Notes: generated by a model not told the origin, from the letters alone. Counted from the stretch's first letter, positions 8,001-18,319 are shown. The stretch is DNA of 18,611 bases from Paraphysomonas bandaiensis (GCA_965644295.1 CBFFRP010000226.1:1-18611); one strand, 5' to 3'. A program made the numbers and translations.

Positions 8001-9020
8001 TGGATACCCAGCGCTCAATACATTCTGAATTCAGAAGTCTCATCCGAGACGGGGTACTCACCCTTTGAGCTCACTTTTGGCTCTAATGATCTGGAATATT
8101 TAACTATGAATATACAGACTTTGCCTGAGCGTGCACACGCCAGACTGACTGCTCTTAATGAACAGCTAGAAGGCCTACGGGCGGCTTCCAAAACTTACCA
8201 GCAGCAGTTAGCGAGTGAACGTGCTGGGGAGGGAGTTCACCCGGACAAGCAGAACCGATATCAACCGGGCGATTTCATTTTATTTGACAAAGGCGCCAAG
8301 GTTCATCCCAAGATGTCACATCGATACATGGGACCTTTTGTTGTTAAGACCCAGTACAAAAATGACATTGATTGTCAGCACCTTGCTACAGGGCAAGTGG
8401 TACGTGTTTCAGTGACAGACGTCAAACTGTTTCCAGGTGATAGAGAAACTGCGTACAGCATGGCTCTACGAGACCAGGATCAGCATGTCATTGACAAGAT
8501 TCTCTACTATCGGGGTGACAGAGAGTCACGCTCCACTTTGATTTTTACTGTGAGATTTCAGGATGGTGATGTCAGAGAAGTGCCTTATAGCAAGGACCTT
8601 TTTGACTCAGTGCCTTACGCGGACTTTTGTTCCAGCAAACGGTACCTCTACCACCTGATTTATCCAGCGGAGGGTGCCAAGAAATATATCTCGGACATCC
8701 GACGCCAGTCTATCACTCAGTTCAAACCCGGTGACCATGCATATGTTGACCTACGCATTTATGGCGACGTATGGTACGACGGACTGCAGTTACCAGACTC
8801 CCACTTACTGACCTATGTAGCTCCGATCCAGTTCACACACTGGTATCATCGAAGCTCTAGGAGAGTATTATCCGTCAAGGATCTTCTCACTCTCCGCACT
8901 TACCGTTATGACAACTACCTCGTGCATTGTTTCGTTCACCCTGAACTAGACACTACCACTATGGTACTAGTCGACAAGGACTTGGCTACACGCTACCCTC
9001 AAGTCCTTGAGTCCGTTTAG
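5055..9020 (+). CDS. pol: Pol polyprotein (1321 aa): aspartic protease, reverse transcriptase, RNase H, integrase, chromodomain-like and extra C-terminal domain
   Basis: Protease LCDTGA and IILGLP. RT RFCGDY, DLTNAFHQI, MPEGI, IFDN. RNase H TDAS, EQE, TDH, ADWLSR. Integrase H-x5-H..CPNC, IDAV/SDQG/ERI (DDE) and YMGPF (GPY/F). Chromo-like HVIDKILYYR..FTVRF. Confidence 0.97.
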   Translation: MIEDLEEHVISVCDGNDDCDYLPEAKTLNTTSSKVHFKDGAKLYASYPSAKKFSSAHTVGRVIIDKKFGVEELVKVLCDTGALSANYVARDLVDRLRTKLEPSRFYKVKHRVVLADSRTVKDLDEGVRLNLVFTDPKSHTYQYTGEFIVIDMSSNDIILGLPALTGKLYPFMCAVMEQAHENHLEDSAQGNHNLSALQNEDMESREEHRRPWSKANDAIAPEDNETELPVQFKDALTFLGKSREEALNDYYEQIETHVSQEMKQETNIMDLLSSKAEKVFVPDEWTGVRGVDPLTLKWKETLPERMKPRARPINPKLWEASEKEFRRLCGYFYQKSRSPWASCLVVAPKATPPYIRFCGDYVNINKHMQVGNYSIPNVKHELDKIINFPLYMDIDLTNAFHQIPLAEETSERLSIQTPWGQYAPKFMPEGIAPATGILQEVVREIFEDFSDWAIVIFDNMLILANDPQDAYQKFEKVIDRCIERNLKLKMPKSWLGFRKVDFFGYVCRHKSYEVNPEKKEALGKIPMPTNTKQARSLLGKGVFFSSFTPRYSDLVAHLTDLTKSKFNWDKTTWRHDYEAEYRRFIKGLQDSCELFYPDYNLEWTLRTDASELGIGSVLLQKKILADGTEQLQPIAFLSKKFSAQAQKWATIEQEAYGIYYSVKHLAYYLIGKQFTIETDHNNLLWMESSEVPKITRWRIFLQSFNFSIKHISGAKNWLADWLSREHQVAALSGMFLDEDYADAYFLGEDCTEDEFFNFLGNFMNPEDREVSPHAQSSVTPEDALQQVHNARVGHLGGRATWIRLNKQFPGHGIPYKVVEDFIAKCPNCVKTRLAMKEALIPIVRNLKPPSARSAIGIDAVEITPHGADGYTHINVVVNLYTKLVYLEPVKGVTALNLANTVWKYWSYYGHTDLIISDQGPDLTSDLFKQLTEYMGVRHTFSIANRHANGCERIIGEVVRHLRALVYENSKRVERKDVFEDPSWIPSAQYILNSEVSSETGYSPFELTFGSNDLEYLTMNIQTLPERAHARLTALNEQLEGLRAASKTYQQQLASERAGEGVHPDKQNRYQPGDFILFDKGAKVHPKMSHRYMGPFVVKTQYKNDIDCQHLATGQVVRVSVTDVKLFPGDRETAYSMALRDQDQHVIDKILYYRGDRESRSTLIFTVRFQDGDVREVPYSKDLFDSVPYADFCSSKRYLYHLIYPAEGAKKYISDIRRQSITQFKPGDHAYVDLRIYGDVWYDGLQLPDSHLLTYVAPIQFTHWYHRSSRRVLSVKDLLTLRTYRYDNYLVHCFVHPELDTTTMVLVDKDLATRYPQVLESV

Positions 9021-9172
9021 AGCACGGGACCAATCAACTTACACGCGATCTTCCAACTCCAACGCTCCTCTGCTGCACCTTCGTTTTGATGGCTAATTTT
9101 TAGTTCCGTTGAAATTTGTGGGCCGCAGAGTGACGCCCGTCTTCATCATTTCGCATAATACTTATATCAAAC

Positions 9173-9199
9173 AAAAAAAAAAAAAAAGGGGAGGCGGGG
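9173..9199 (+). other. Polypurine tract (A15 followed by GGGGAGGCGGGG)
   Basis: Purine run ending 3 nt before the 3' LTR start at 9203. Confidence 0.9.
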
Positions 9200-9341
9200 C
9201 AATGTGACCACGTGGCATTTCACATGCCTCAGTCACGTGTCTATAGTAAGTGAAAAACTACTAACTACGGGATGAAGACAGAGACGATAGAAGTATCAGA
9301 AACATATCATTATTACGCTACAGATTACTGAAGAACTAGCA

Positions 9342-9617
9342 CTAGGACAGGAGGTACAATTTCCCATAATCTGCCAACAGCTCTTCGCCGGCCGCAACTG
9401 CCCGAGTGGTCTGCACCCAGACCACGTCCAAGCCGGACTCATCTACTACAAATTCGCAGTTGAAGCGCCAGCCAGCAGCATGGTCAGAAGGATACACCGT
9501 GTTTATATACCCACCATGATTATGAGGCACCCGGGCCAAATAAGCTTGGGACCCCAGCGGCCAAAGGTAACCTATGTCCCGAGTGTCCCACACCTCTGGT
9601 AGAAGTCCAACACGCAC
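9342..9617 (-). CDS. Second copy of the SET-domain-like antisense ORF (3' LTR)
   Basis: Identical translation to 1699-1974. Confidence 0.65.
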   Translation of the reverse strand: MRVGLLPEVWDTRDIGYLWPLGSQAYLARVPHNHGGYINTVYPSDHAAGWRFNCEFVVDESGLDVVWVQTTRAVAAGEELLADYGKLYLLS

Positions 9618-9865
9618 TGGCAGACTTCACCTCTTGCATCATACGATGACGAGTGCAAGTAAGGAACAACTTTGCACAGTTGCCTATGTGCATCAAGTTG
9701 TCCCTCGGGGCATCGAACGGAGCGTTCCCACATACGCCTAGCAGCAGCCCTTTCACGGTAGGCATACCGATACCGATGGGACCTACGTAATAGAGAGCCC
9801 CGTCCCCTACGATTGCGAGGTTTAGGCTTAGTGGAGACCGCTGCTGGATCTGTAGTGGCAGACAT
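9572..9865 (-). CDS. Second copy of the basic 97-aa antisense ORF (3' LTR)
   Basis: Identical translation to 1929-2222. Confidence 0.4.
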   Translation of the reverse strand: MSATTDPAAVSTKPKPRNRRGRGSLLRRSHRYRYAYRERAAARRMWERSVRCPEGQLDAHRQLCKVVPYLHSSSYDARGEVCQCVLDFYQRCGTLGT

Positions 9866-11563
9866 TGTTTATGCAGCAATGGATATGATGTATGTATCTG
9901 ATGTGGACATTGGTTCTTAGTCTGAGATAGTAGATGTAGAAAAAGCATCATACGGTATGCTGCACACTCACATACATGTTGGTCCATTGTAATACAGTAG
10001 CAGTACTCTGAATACGCAGTATTCAACGGCTAATTTACAAACTGGCGAGTGTGGTGTGTGGTGTCATCGCGAGTGTGGTGTGTTGTGCTGGTTCTATGTT
10101 GCATTGCTTTACAGCTCAGTGTTTTGTTAAGTGTTGTTCTGTTTGTACACTAGTGTTCTGACTTCACTGGAGGTGGGGTTTGCGCGGTGATTCTTGGAGG
10201 GAGTCACTAGTACAAGCTTGCAACGCTTGACATACTGTTTAGAGTAATAATCATCCTGTTCTCCTGAAATCAGACGTACATATAGCTCTGGTTAACTCAT
10301 TGTGTTTGTTTCTGCTGCACAGCCTTGGTTATCAAACCTGGCTGTGTCACACACCTGCTAAGAAGCAGAAGCATTGTGCACTTCAGATGTCTTCACCGCC
10401 AATCTGAGTTCATTCAGTTTTAGCTTCCAAGGTAATGATAACATTTGTTCGTCCAAGCCATCTTACACCGATCTCACACCGAGATAACTTCTGGGGTACG
10501 ATACTGATACAGAGGTATATATATAGGAAATAATTTACCCAAAATATTATTTCTATTAATTGCATGCATTAATAATACTAATATGAACGCTGCCCCCCAT
10601 TGATGTATATTGAAGATGTTAACTGTCACATTACTTGAATCCTTGAATTATCGGGAGAACTTCACAGGATGCACACTAAGCATACATTCTGCAATATAAC
10701 GGCTCAAGCAGTATTTCATCCACCTGTAAGGGCCCTCTTCCACTTCACTGAGGGTAATAACCCACACATGAATCAGTTGTCTCAAGCGGTTAAAAGTCAT
10801 CCTACTGGTCTTGAACAGCATGAAGCTTGCGGTACAGTGAAGTCATGTCAGTCCATTAACGACTCCATCAATCGTCCTTTGTTTTAATCTGCAGGTGGGG
10901 TCATAATTTCACCCCACAATAGACTCTCTGTTATTATGTGGGTCAGTATTCCAGTGTAGCAGTTGCAGTGTATACTTCCATAGGAATACGTACTGGCATT
11001 ACCCATATATACTACCCTATAGGGGGGCACGTACATATCACATCAAGGGTGAATGGATATTATATACTCGAGGTGCACGAGTGTTCATACCAGACTCAGT
11101 GGGGAATCAATTGCCGCATGCAATACGTGGTATGCAGGATTGTATTTACGTATAACCTGGATATTAGAGGGGTTTTGGGTTCTTGAATGCTAAAATACAT
11201 AAAAGTGGCGGTATACTGTTTTTGTATGGGTATTTAGGTAGAAAGTAAAACGTAGGATGTAGTGTACTATTAGTATGCGGTTATACGTTGCTCCTAGGTT
11301 GCTGTGTGTATTCAGTTTATAGAATAAACACGTTTCTGTGGGTGGTTGTGACGTTGCAGGGTGTTGTGATGTTGTTGAGGAGTAGGAGTGAGTGTAACAT
11401 GTATGCTATATGGTGTTATGCACTTGTTTAGGCTTAACCGAAGTGCTTGGTGCCAACGATCTTGTTGCACTGGCGGTGTTACCTGCGTGGTGATTTCTGG
11501 CGGAAATCATTAACTAGGCATTAGGTTATTGCTAGAGCAGTCAAACATTAATAATACATTGTT

Positions 11564-13022
11564 TTACACTTGTGTGTTTTGTGTGGTATACCTGTACTGC
11601 GAGCCGTGATTTCGGTTTTCAAACCGGGTTGCGCCATACAGCGGGTGTCCCTGCCAGAACTGGAATCGGAGTCGTAGTAGGTTAAGCATGAGTAGGAAGT
11701 CTTCGGTGTCCATGTAGTTTTGTGGCGGGGAGGGCTCTGGCCTGTGAGTTGGGGGAGCGGAGGGAATTCCTCATGCGGGTGAGTGTACGCCTCAGTGTTT
11801 GGATACGTGTGGCAGTGATGCCTGCAGTGAGGCATAGGGCCAACAAGCGTTGCACCAGTGACAATAATGCGGTGGTATCCTCTTCGCTAGAAAGGTGCAC
11901 AGGGTTGTATTTTCCTGGTGCTGTTGACCTCAGAATTTGATGAGCTGCTGCCACCGAGCAGAAGCCACGTCCGGGGGTGGCGGCGTAATCCGTATCGCAG
12001 TTGAACGAGGTGACGTGTATGTAGTTGGAACTGTCGTTGACAGTATTGAAGAGTGTGGGCCAGGCTGTTGGGTCCGGAGAGGTCATGATGGTGGTGTGGA
12101 GTTGGTGTAGGAGATCCTCTCGCAGGGGATCCTCTCGCAGGGACGCTGCTATTTTGCCGGTGTTGTCGTAGGCAGCCCAGGTGTTGGTGAGTAAATTGGT
12201 GAAGGGGACTGTGCTGTCCTGTTGTGGGGGCTTAGCCTCCAGCTGGTTAGCTTTTTGGCAGTCGTGGGGGAAGTGGGGCCAGTCGTGGTGGACAGAGGAG
12301 TGAAGGTATTATCTGTGGTGCCAGACCTGTTCGGTTTCAGGAGCTGGGGTGTGGGAGTGATACAGTGAGTTGAGGACAGAGTCGCTGAGCCGTGGTTCCT
12401 CTGTGGAGCGATCGACGAATTGATCTCTTGGAGTTTGGAATAGCGACAGCTGAATGTGTCGACTTTCTGTTCGTTGACGCCCTTTGTCGTCAACTGAGGT
12501 GCCAGTTTCAATATGGAGATCAAAACAAAGAGGCGCTGAGAGCATGCATGAATCAGCGGCGACATTCTGACCCATACCCTGCCTGACCTCGTACCCAGCA
12601 GGTCTACCAAGGGCGAACGCTCGGATTACTCTGCTCGCCGTAGGAGCAGGTAAATCTGAGCAAGTTCGCGCATCCGCGGCTGCCCTGAAAGTAGCGAGGT
12701 CTTGCGGGGTAGGGAGTGGAATTGGAAACCCCAATTCATGGATTAGGTAATGTATAATTCCAAAGAACGCCGTCGTATCGTCTTGCATTTATAGGTTACT
12801 GACCACTAGAGTTCTGTATTCCATAGCTGGTGCGAAGCTTCTCCATTCCAAGAACGTGCGAGTAGATGGAAGCTGAAGTCTGGGCACGTCGGCTTTGGAT
12901 TTCTTGAAATCCGATAGGGCGCTCTTAACATGCGCATCATTGTCCATCAGTTGATGGGAGGGAGGGAGAACAAACTTCGAGGTGTAAGTTCTTTTGTTAG
13001 AGGGAGTGGCTCCACGTTGCAT
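11564..13022 (-). pseudogene. Decayed ORF (about 485 codons), probably transposon-derived, with an OTU-like cysteine protease motif
   Basis: ORFs 12789-13232, 12309-12788 and 11682-12086 share one frame, separated only by single TAA codons (12789-12791, 12309-12311); 12087-12308 is also open. Contains TPGRGFCSVAAAHQIL, then after a frameshift near 11728, YMDTEDFLLMLNLLRLRFQFW. Confidence 0.55.
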
Positions 13023-14253
13023 TGTACCAGGTGGTTGTTGTAAGGAGGATGAATTGAGTAAGTATGCTTCCAAAGGGTGGTTATATAGGAGGTGCACATA
13101 TAAGTGGGAAAGGCGGTGGTGATAGTGTTGTGTGTAGTCGACGAGATTGACTGGAAGAGAACAGCGTGATACGCTGTATATTGTGTAGAGTGACTGTATT
13201 CGCGTATACCACGTATAGAATACAGTAGTCATTCAATGAGATGTGTAGCCTGTAGGAATGATAGGTAAGCCGGGAGAGGTGGGGGGTTGTTTGGTGAGTG
13301 CACCATGTATAGGCCATGTGGAGTTGGCTTGTGCGGTTGCCAAGAAATGGTCCTGTCTTACAAAGTAGCGGGGTCGATGGAGTACAAAGGTGTTAGGGAA
13401 TGAACAAGTGCACCTTTTTCGAGTGCCTACCCGTACGAGCCATGCGCGGAGTGGTTGTAACCGTAGAGAACGGTGTGTGAGACAGATACGTCTACAAGGG
13501 AGATGTCCGATAGGAGCAGTCAGCGCTGCATTGGTGCAGGCACTTGGTTTAACTGAAGGCGTTAGGTAAGAGGAAAGTTGCAAAGCCAAGTTATTGAACT
13601 GGAAACATGTACAACATGGTAGGACAAGATATTTGTCGGCAGTGTGGTGTGTTACAAAATTCATCCATGCTTGCAGAGAGGTGGACAATCTGAGCCCTGA
13701 CCCACTGATGTGACACAACCAAGGTCTCCATAGAGACATTTAGCTTGTAGCTAGCTAATAAAGGTGTAACTTTTTGTTGGACGGTGTTTACCAGGAGAGG
13801 AAGAGGAATTTTTTTTTCACACTTCTAACTATTCCGTTGTGCATGATAGTTATGTTCTATATTGTGATTCATAATTCTCACTCTACTGTGTTCATCACTT
13901 TACACTCTAATAATCACAACATTGTTTTCCTATTACTAAGATCATTTCTTTATTCTATCTGAGCGACAAATTTTCACTTCCTAGAATTATTGCTGTCCTA
14001 TTCTATCAAGGATGTAGCTTTTAATATGTACTGCTCGCGGTTGCATATAGCAGCGTACACATTACACATCAATTGGTATCAACACACCACCCAAGGTTCG
14101 ATTAAAACGTTATGCACGTGAAAGTGACGAGCGCATTATTAAAAAGCGGACGAAACACAATACTCCTACTCTAACGGGTGGATAATCGGGGTAATGTTAC
14201 CACCGGCTGCACAGTACAGACAATACAAAGTATAAAAGACCTCGGGCGATTCT

Positions 14254-15898
14254 TTATAAAGTAAACGAGGCATATATTAGCAAGCCGATGATCAAATATG
14301 AAGCGATAATGGCAGTGTAGTTCATGGTTTTCATTAGCAGAATGAAAGGTGCAGATGCGGGGAGGCGCTCTTTACCTTCGTCTGCAAATTTAACCACAGT
14401 GGATGACACAGACGGTTTCATGTTTCTCTTACCACATGTGAACTGACTTCTGGAGGAATTCATACATTCCTTGGAGCTATCCGCTAGGGTTTGTACACTC
14501 GCCGTGGCGTTCAAAAAAGGCTCTGCAAAAGTCTTGACAAACCAAAAATTGCAGCATATATACGAGAGAAAAGTTCGACCTTGACCATGAGGGGTCGCCA
14601 TCAGCTCTCGAACATACTCGGGGTTTCGGTGCCGCACAATAGCATCTTTGTAGTTTTCAGCCATTTGCTGGAGAATTTTATTTCTCTCGAACCGCCAAGC
14701 GCTCTCTCGAGCATTTTTACTCATCTGCCGGCGAAGCTTGTCATCTTGCACCAGATTCTTAGTAGCCTGGTAGAATCCCTCCAGGTCACCAGGAGCACAA
14801 GTATAACCATTGAATCCATTCTGCACCAAGTGCCCACTGCACGTATTAACTACAACCGATACACACCCACTTGCTAGAGCTTCTAGGGTAACGTTACCGA
14901 AAGTCTCCACGTCGCTGGGAAAGAGGAGAATGTCTGCAGACGCATACGCCTCCGCGAGTGCGACGCCAGATAGCCATCCGGCACAGCTCACATTCGGCAT
15001 TTGGCTGAGTGTTGTCTCGAAGGTCCCGTGTCCAACTACAATGCCTTTCGCGTTGATACCCTCACTATGCAGACGCTGCATTACGTTTGTCCAAATATCT
15101 GGACGCTTCTCTGGAACTAACCGTCCCACCCAGAGAACAAGAACATCTTGCTCGGAAATGCCTCTCGAGGCACGGAACTCAGATGACCTGCGGTCAGGTG
15201 TGAAAAGCTTGAGGTCCACACCTCGTCCCCACTCGAGCAGCTGGGTATTCTTTCCAAAGCCTTCACGTTTCAGCTTATCAAGCATAAATGGTGTCTATAT
15301 CAGCCAATTGTAAGACAAAGTAAGTGGGTTAGTGTGACTGACTTACCGGTACATACACAGCAGGCATTTGTTCATAGAAACCTTTCAAATACACCATAAA
15401 CCCTGGTTTCAATACCCACTCAAGGAAGTAGTATTTTAAGTAGTCAGAGTAGTTGCTGTGCCATGTAGCCATATATCCAACGTTGTTCCTCTGGCACCAC
15501 CGGATGCCATCTAGACTAACTAAATCAGGAACGGTGAAATGAACGCAGTTGGGGTTGAATTCTTCAATTTCACGCAGAGTATTAGCACCTAAACTACCGC
15601 CAAATGCATACCCCTCCCCCGCAGCTGTAAACGGAATCTTAATTCCAGGGATAATGATGATGTCCTTAGTCTGCTCCTCAGTGAACTCATCTGGTACCGT
15701 GGATGCGATTTTGACCACCGCTCCACGGGCTCTTAAATGTGCTTCCAGTCGACGAATCGTCAGCGTCACACCATCCAACACAAAATAGCACGCAGTGAAT
15801 ATCAGCACCCGCAACTCATCGTCTCGAGGCCGTGTGTGTAATTTCACCTCTGAGAGGGCTCCCATTTCCATCTGCTCTTCAGTACTTGGAGCACTCAT
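14254..15898 (-). CDS. GT4-family (GT-B) glycosyltransferase, PimB/MgtA/SQD2-like, 530 aa, two exons (15898-15347 and 15294-14254)
   Basis: LDGVTLTIRRL, WHSNY, WGRGVD..LF.P, VGRLVPEK, ETFGNVTLEALASG (E-x7-E). The spliced junction reads VYVP|TPFMLDKL in frame. Hydrophobic C-terminal tail. Confidence 0.93.
15295..15346 (-). other. 52-nt spliceosomal intron in the glycosyltransferase gene
   Basis: GTAAGT donor, CACTAAC branch-point-like motif, TAG acceptor; removal restores the frame. Confidence 0.9.
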
Positions 15899-16643
15899 GT
15901 GTGGAAATAAAATAGGGAGAGTACGAGAAAAGATAAAACTGCAATGCTATAAGACCCTAGTCGTCACGTGGAATACGAACGCAATGGGAGAGGAGAAGGA
16001 TTAATACAAGGAAAGAGCACTGTATTTTATTGCCACCTGGAATCTATACATGCACTCCACACTCGCGACAGGGAGTATACATATATCCATATACTGCTGT
16101 ATCATACGGCAGGTGTATGTGGAACCAGCAATTATTTTATTGGGTGACCCATAAGCCGAAGCAGGACCAGCAGAACCTCTGTCAGAATTTGGTAAAGTAT
16201 CTTGAGTAGTCGGCCATTCATTCACAACTGCAGGAAAACTGAAAACTACGTAATTACGTAAGTACTCTGTGGACACCTAAAAAACCTTATTATAGAAGGT
16301 CCGCTTTATGTGTATACTGTTGTATATTGCTGTCGTTGTATAACTGTTATACTGTTGTATATGGTGTTGTATGGTGAACTGCCATATGAACTGTGTGTAT
16401 GTCAACTAACGTTCATCTGTATATGTTACTTTAAACTGTCAATCATGCCACATGAAACAAGATGATTTCTACACCAGAAGTCGATATCTCTCTACTTGAC
16501 CATCATATTCTTATCAACCCCTCCACTAATGCGATGCCTGTTCATATATATACGTGAAGGGGACTACACACAGAAAGGGGGACGGACACGGGCCGCTCTA
16601 AGCCGCTTAGGCATTCTTCCTGAGCCAGAAGGGCTCTCGTATC

Positions 16644-16729
16644 GTAATAAAACTTCGTTTTATTACTCTTTCCTTTTCACTCTATCATAATAAAACATTC
16701 GTTTTATTATTCTTCCTTTTCACTCTATC
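16644..16729. repeat. Tandem duplication of about 43 bp, each unit with a 10-bp hairpin
   Basis: GTAATAAAAC-TTC-GTTTTATTAC (16644-16666) and ATAATAAAAC-ATTC-GTTTTATTAT (16687-16710), each followed by a pyrimidine tract ending CCTTTTCACTCTATC. Confidence 0.85.
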
Positions 16730-16826
16730 TTTAAATATAATAATATTAATAATACTATACTTTAAATAAAAATTAATTACTTTATATAATATTAAATAAT
16801 TATCTTATAATAAAATAAAAATATAG

Positions 16827-16905
16827 TTTTGGCTTTTTGGCTTTCTGGCTTTTTGGCTTATGCCTGTGGTGGTGATGATGCTGGTGGTGATGATGCTGGT
16901 GGTGT
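16827..16905. repeat. Short tandem repeats: (TTTTGGCT-like) x4 and (GGTGGTGATGATGCT) x2.5
   Basis: Directly visible in the sequence. Confidence 0.85.
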
Positions 16906-16953
16906 TGTAACAGTGAAGCCAGTGCCATAATGCCAGTTGTAATGGTGTAGTAA

Positions 16954-18318
16954 TTAGATTAAACCATAGTCTGCAACCATACTGAAAAAAATAGAAAAAA
17001 AACTGAAAATAACGTCGATTTTCATACATAAAATAACTGTCATAAAATCAGTCAAAATCAGACAATGTGATCCACACTTCACACTTCACATCACAGTGTT
17101 GAGTCAGCGAATTGCAGGTCAAATTAATGTGCTGGTAAGTTCATTGTATCCCCCATTCACTCATAGTTTAACATGGCATTTCGAAAGCGCAAATCAGGTT
17201 CTCTTTGCAACGATGAAGATGACGCGACATGAAGCTCAGTGCGTGCTCAGGAAATAGAGATCACTGGGCGCTGGAGACCAATTGATTTGGCCAATGAGTC
17301 ATACCATCTGCCTCATACGGTTGATGCAGATCGATACCCTACGTTTAATTTGCGCACTGTCAGCTTCCTCAAGATATTCGTGCGTTTTGTTACAGTATCT
17401 CTTGCGACGAAAATAGCCCAGGATATTGACCCTGCCGACTTGAGATATGACTGTGGATCAGTAATTTTGCTTTCATTGCGTTCTATATATAAGCCTCTTG
17501 CAATTTGGATTCGAATTTATGGAGAACAACATGCCCCAAATGGTGTAATACGTCATTCGCGACCTTTGCGCGAGCAACTTATATGGTACTGAGACCACTT
17601 TAGGGATTGCTATCCAAGGATTGATTCTCTTGGCATACGATTCATGGAAATTGTGACAACAAAATTTTTATTTGACAGTTGACTCGTATTATCTTGATGA
17701 AGCTGCAAGAGAAGGGCTTGCAAGGAAGAAAGTAAGATATTGGAGCTTAGAACCCACAGCGCTTCCAAGCACTCACTCGTGAAGTTCGTGAAGGTGTCAA
17801 TAAGCGAGGACAGTGGAATGGAGTGTGGAATCAACAGCGTAAAGAACCCCTAGTTCATTCTTATACCAAGGATGGCAAGAAATAAACCGCCTTGTTCAAT
17901 GCTTATCATAGATCACCTACGAAGTCTACCACCAATTCTGTGCCTGTGTGCTCCGACTACGGTAAGATGTTTGCAGCATGTGATGTATTCAATTCGCAGA
18001 TTAAAGAGAGGATATGGCCTCATCGGCATGGTAGTGGAGGGCATCTACGCGAAAGAGGAAAGTGTAGCTCGTTTGCGTTCGGCTGTGGTTCGCAAAATAC
18101 ATTCCATGCGTATTGTAGTATTTGTTCGATAGATACAAATAGTATCGATTATTATAGTTCTGTAACTCGTTAGCTAGTGAATTGTACACACATGCTGATA
18201 CTCTATCTAAGGAAACTATAGAATAGAGGGGTACCGTGATTGGTTTACTCAGTGTTGTAATAATTCCACTTTATATCATTGGTTACAGACTATGGTTACA
18301 GACTATGGTTTAGTCTAA
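16954..18318 (+). mobile_element. Degenerate piggyBac-like transposon remnant; true ends uncertain
   Basis: 28-bp inverted repeat with 2 mismatches (16954-16981 and 18291-18318). It encloses broken ORFs with piggyBac-like segments: FLKIFVRFVTVSLATKIA, IYKPLAIWIRIYG and DYGKMFAACDVFN...QNTFHAY (compare DYN..MGGVD..DQ...NA...Y). Confidence 0.5.
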
Positions 18319-18319
18319 A

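Larger units (their letters stand above)
1560..10351 (+). mobile_element. Full-length Ty3/Gypsy (Metaviridae) LTR retrotransposon, chromovirus-like, 8792 bp
   Basis: Two 1149-bp direct LTRs, 4-bp TSD CACC (1556-1559 and 10352-10355), gag plus pol with PR-RT-RH-IN domain order, and a PPT next to the 3' LTR. Confidence 0.98.
9203..10351 (+). repeat. 3' LTR (1149 bp)
   Basis: Matches the 5' LTR except C/A at 1641/9284 and 2624/10267 (by-eye comparison). Confidence 0.98.

Noticed and set aside
3341-8415. Short alternative-frame and antisense ORFs inside gag and pol
   Set aside because: Shadow ORFs of long coding regions with no motifs.
9173-9187. A15 run as the poly(A) tail of a retrocopy
   Set aside because: No TSD or associated insert; it is contiguous with the PPT and best read as part of it.
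10896-10917. GTGGGGT..ACCCCAC hairpin as a Helitron 3' end
   Set aside because: No correctly spaced CTRR terminus or matching 5' end identified.
11682-13739. Possible TAA=Gln alternative genetic code explaining the in-frame stops
   Set aside because: The neighbouring glycosyltransferase ends at TAA and long ORFs in the window have no internal TAA/TAG. A frameshift in the same ORF indicates ordinary decay.
13023-13739. Upstream ORFs (13233-13739 and the first part of 12789-13232) in frame with the decayed ORF
   Set aside because: His/Thr/Tyr-rich composition reflects CA-skewed DNA; no protein-like motif seen.
14095-14104. GGTTCGATT B-box/T-loop-like motif (also near 291)
   Set aside because: No cloverleaf or A-box context, so not called as tRNA or SINE.
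14491-16004. Plus-strand ORFs over the glycosyltransferase
   Set aside because: Antisense shadows of the minus-strand gene.
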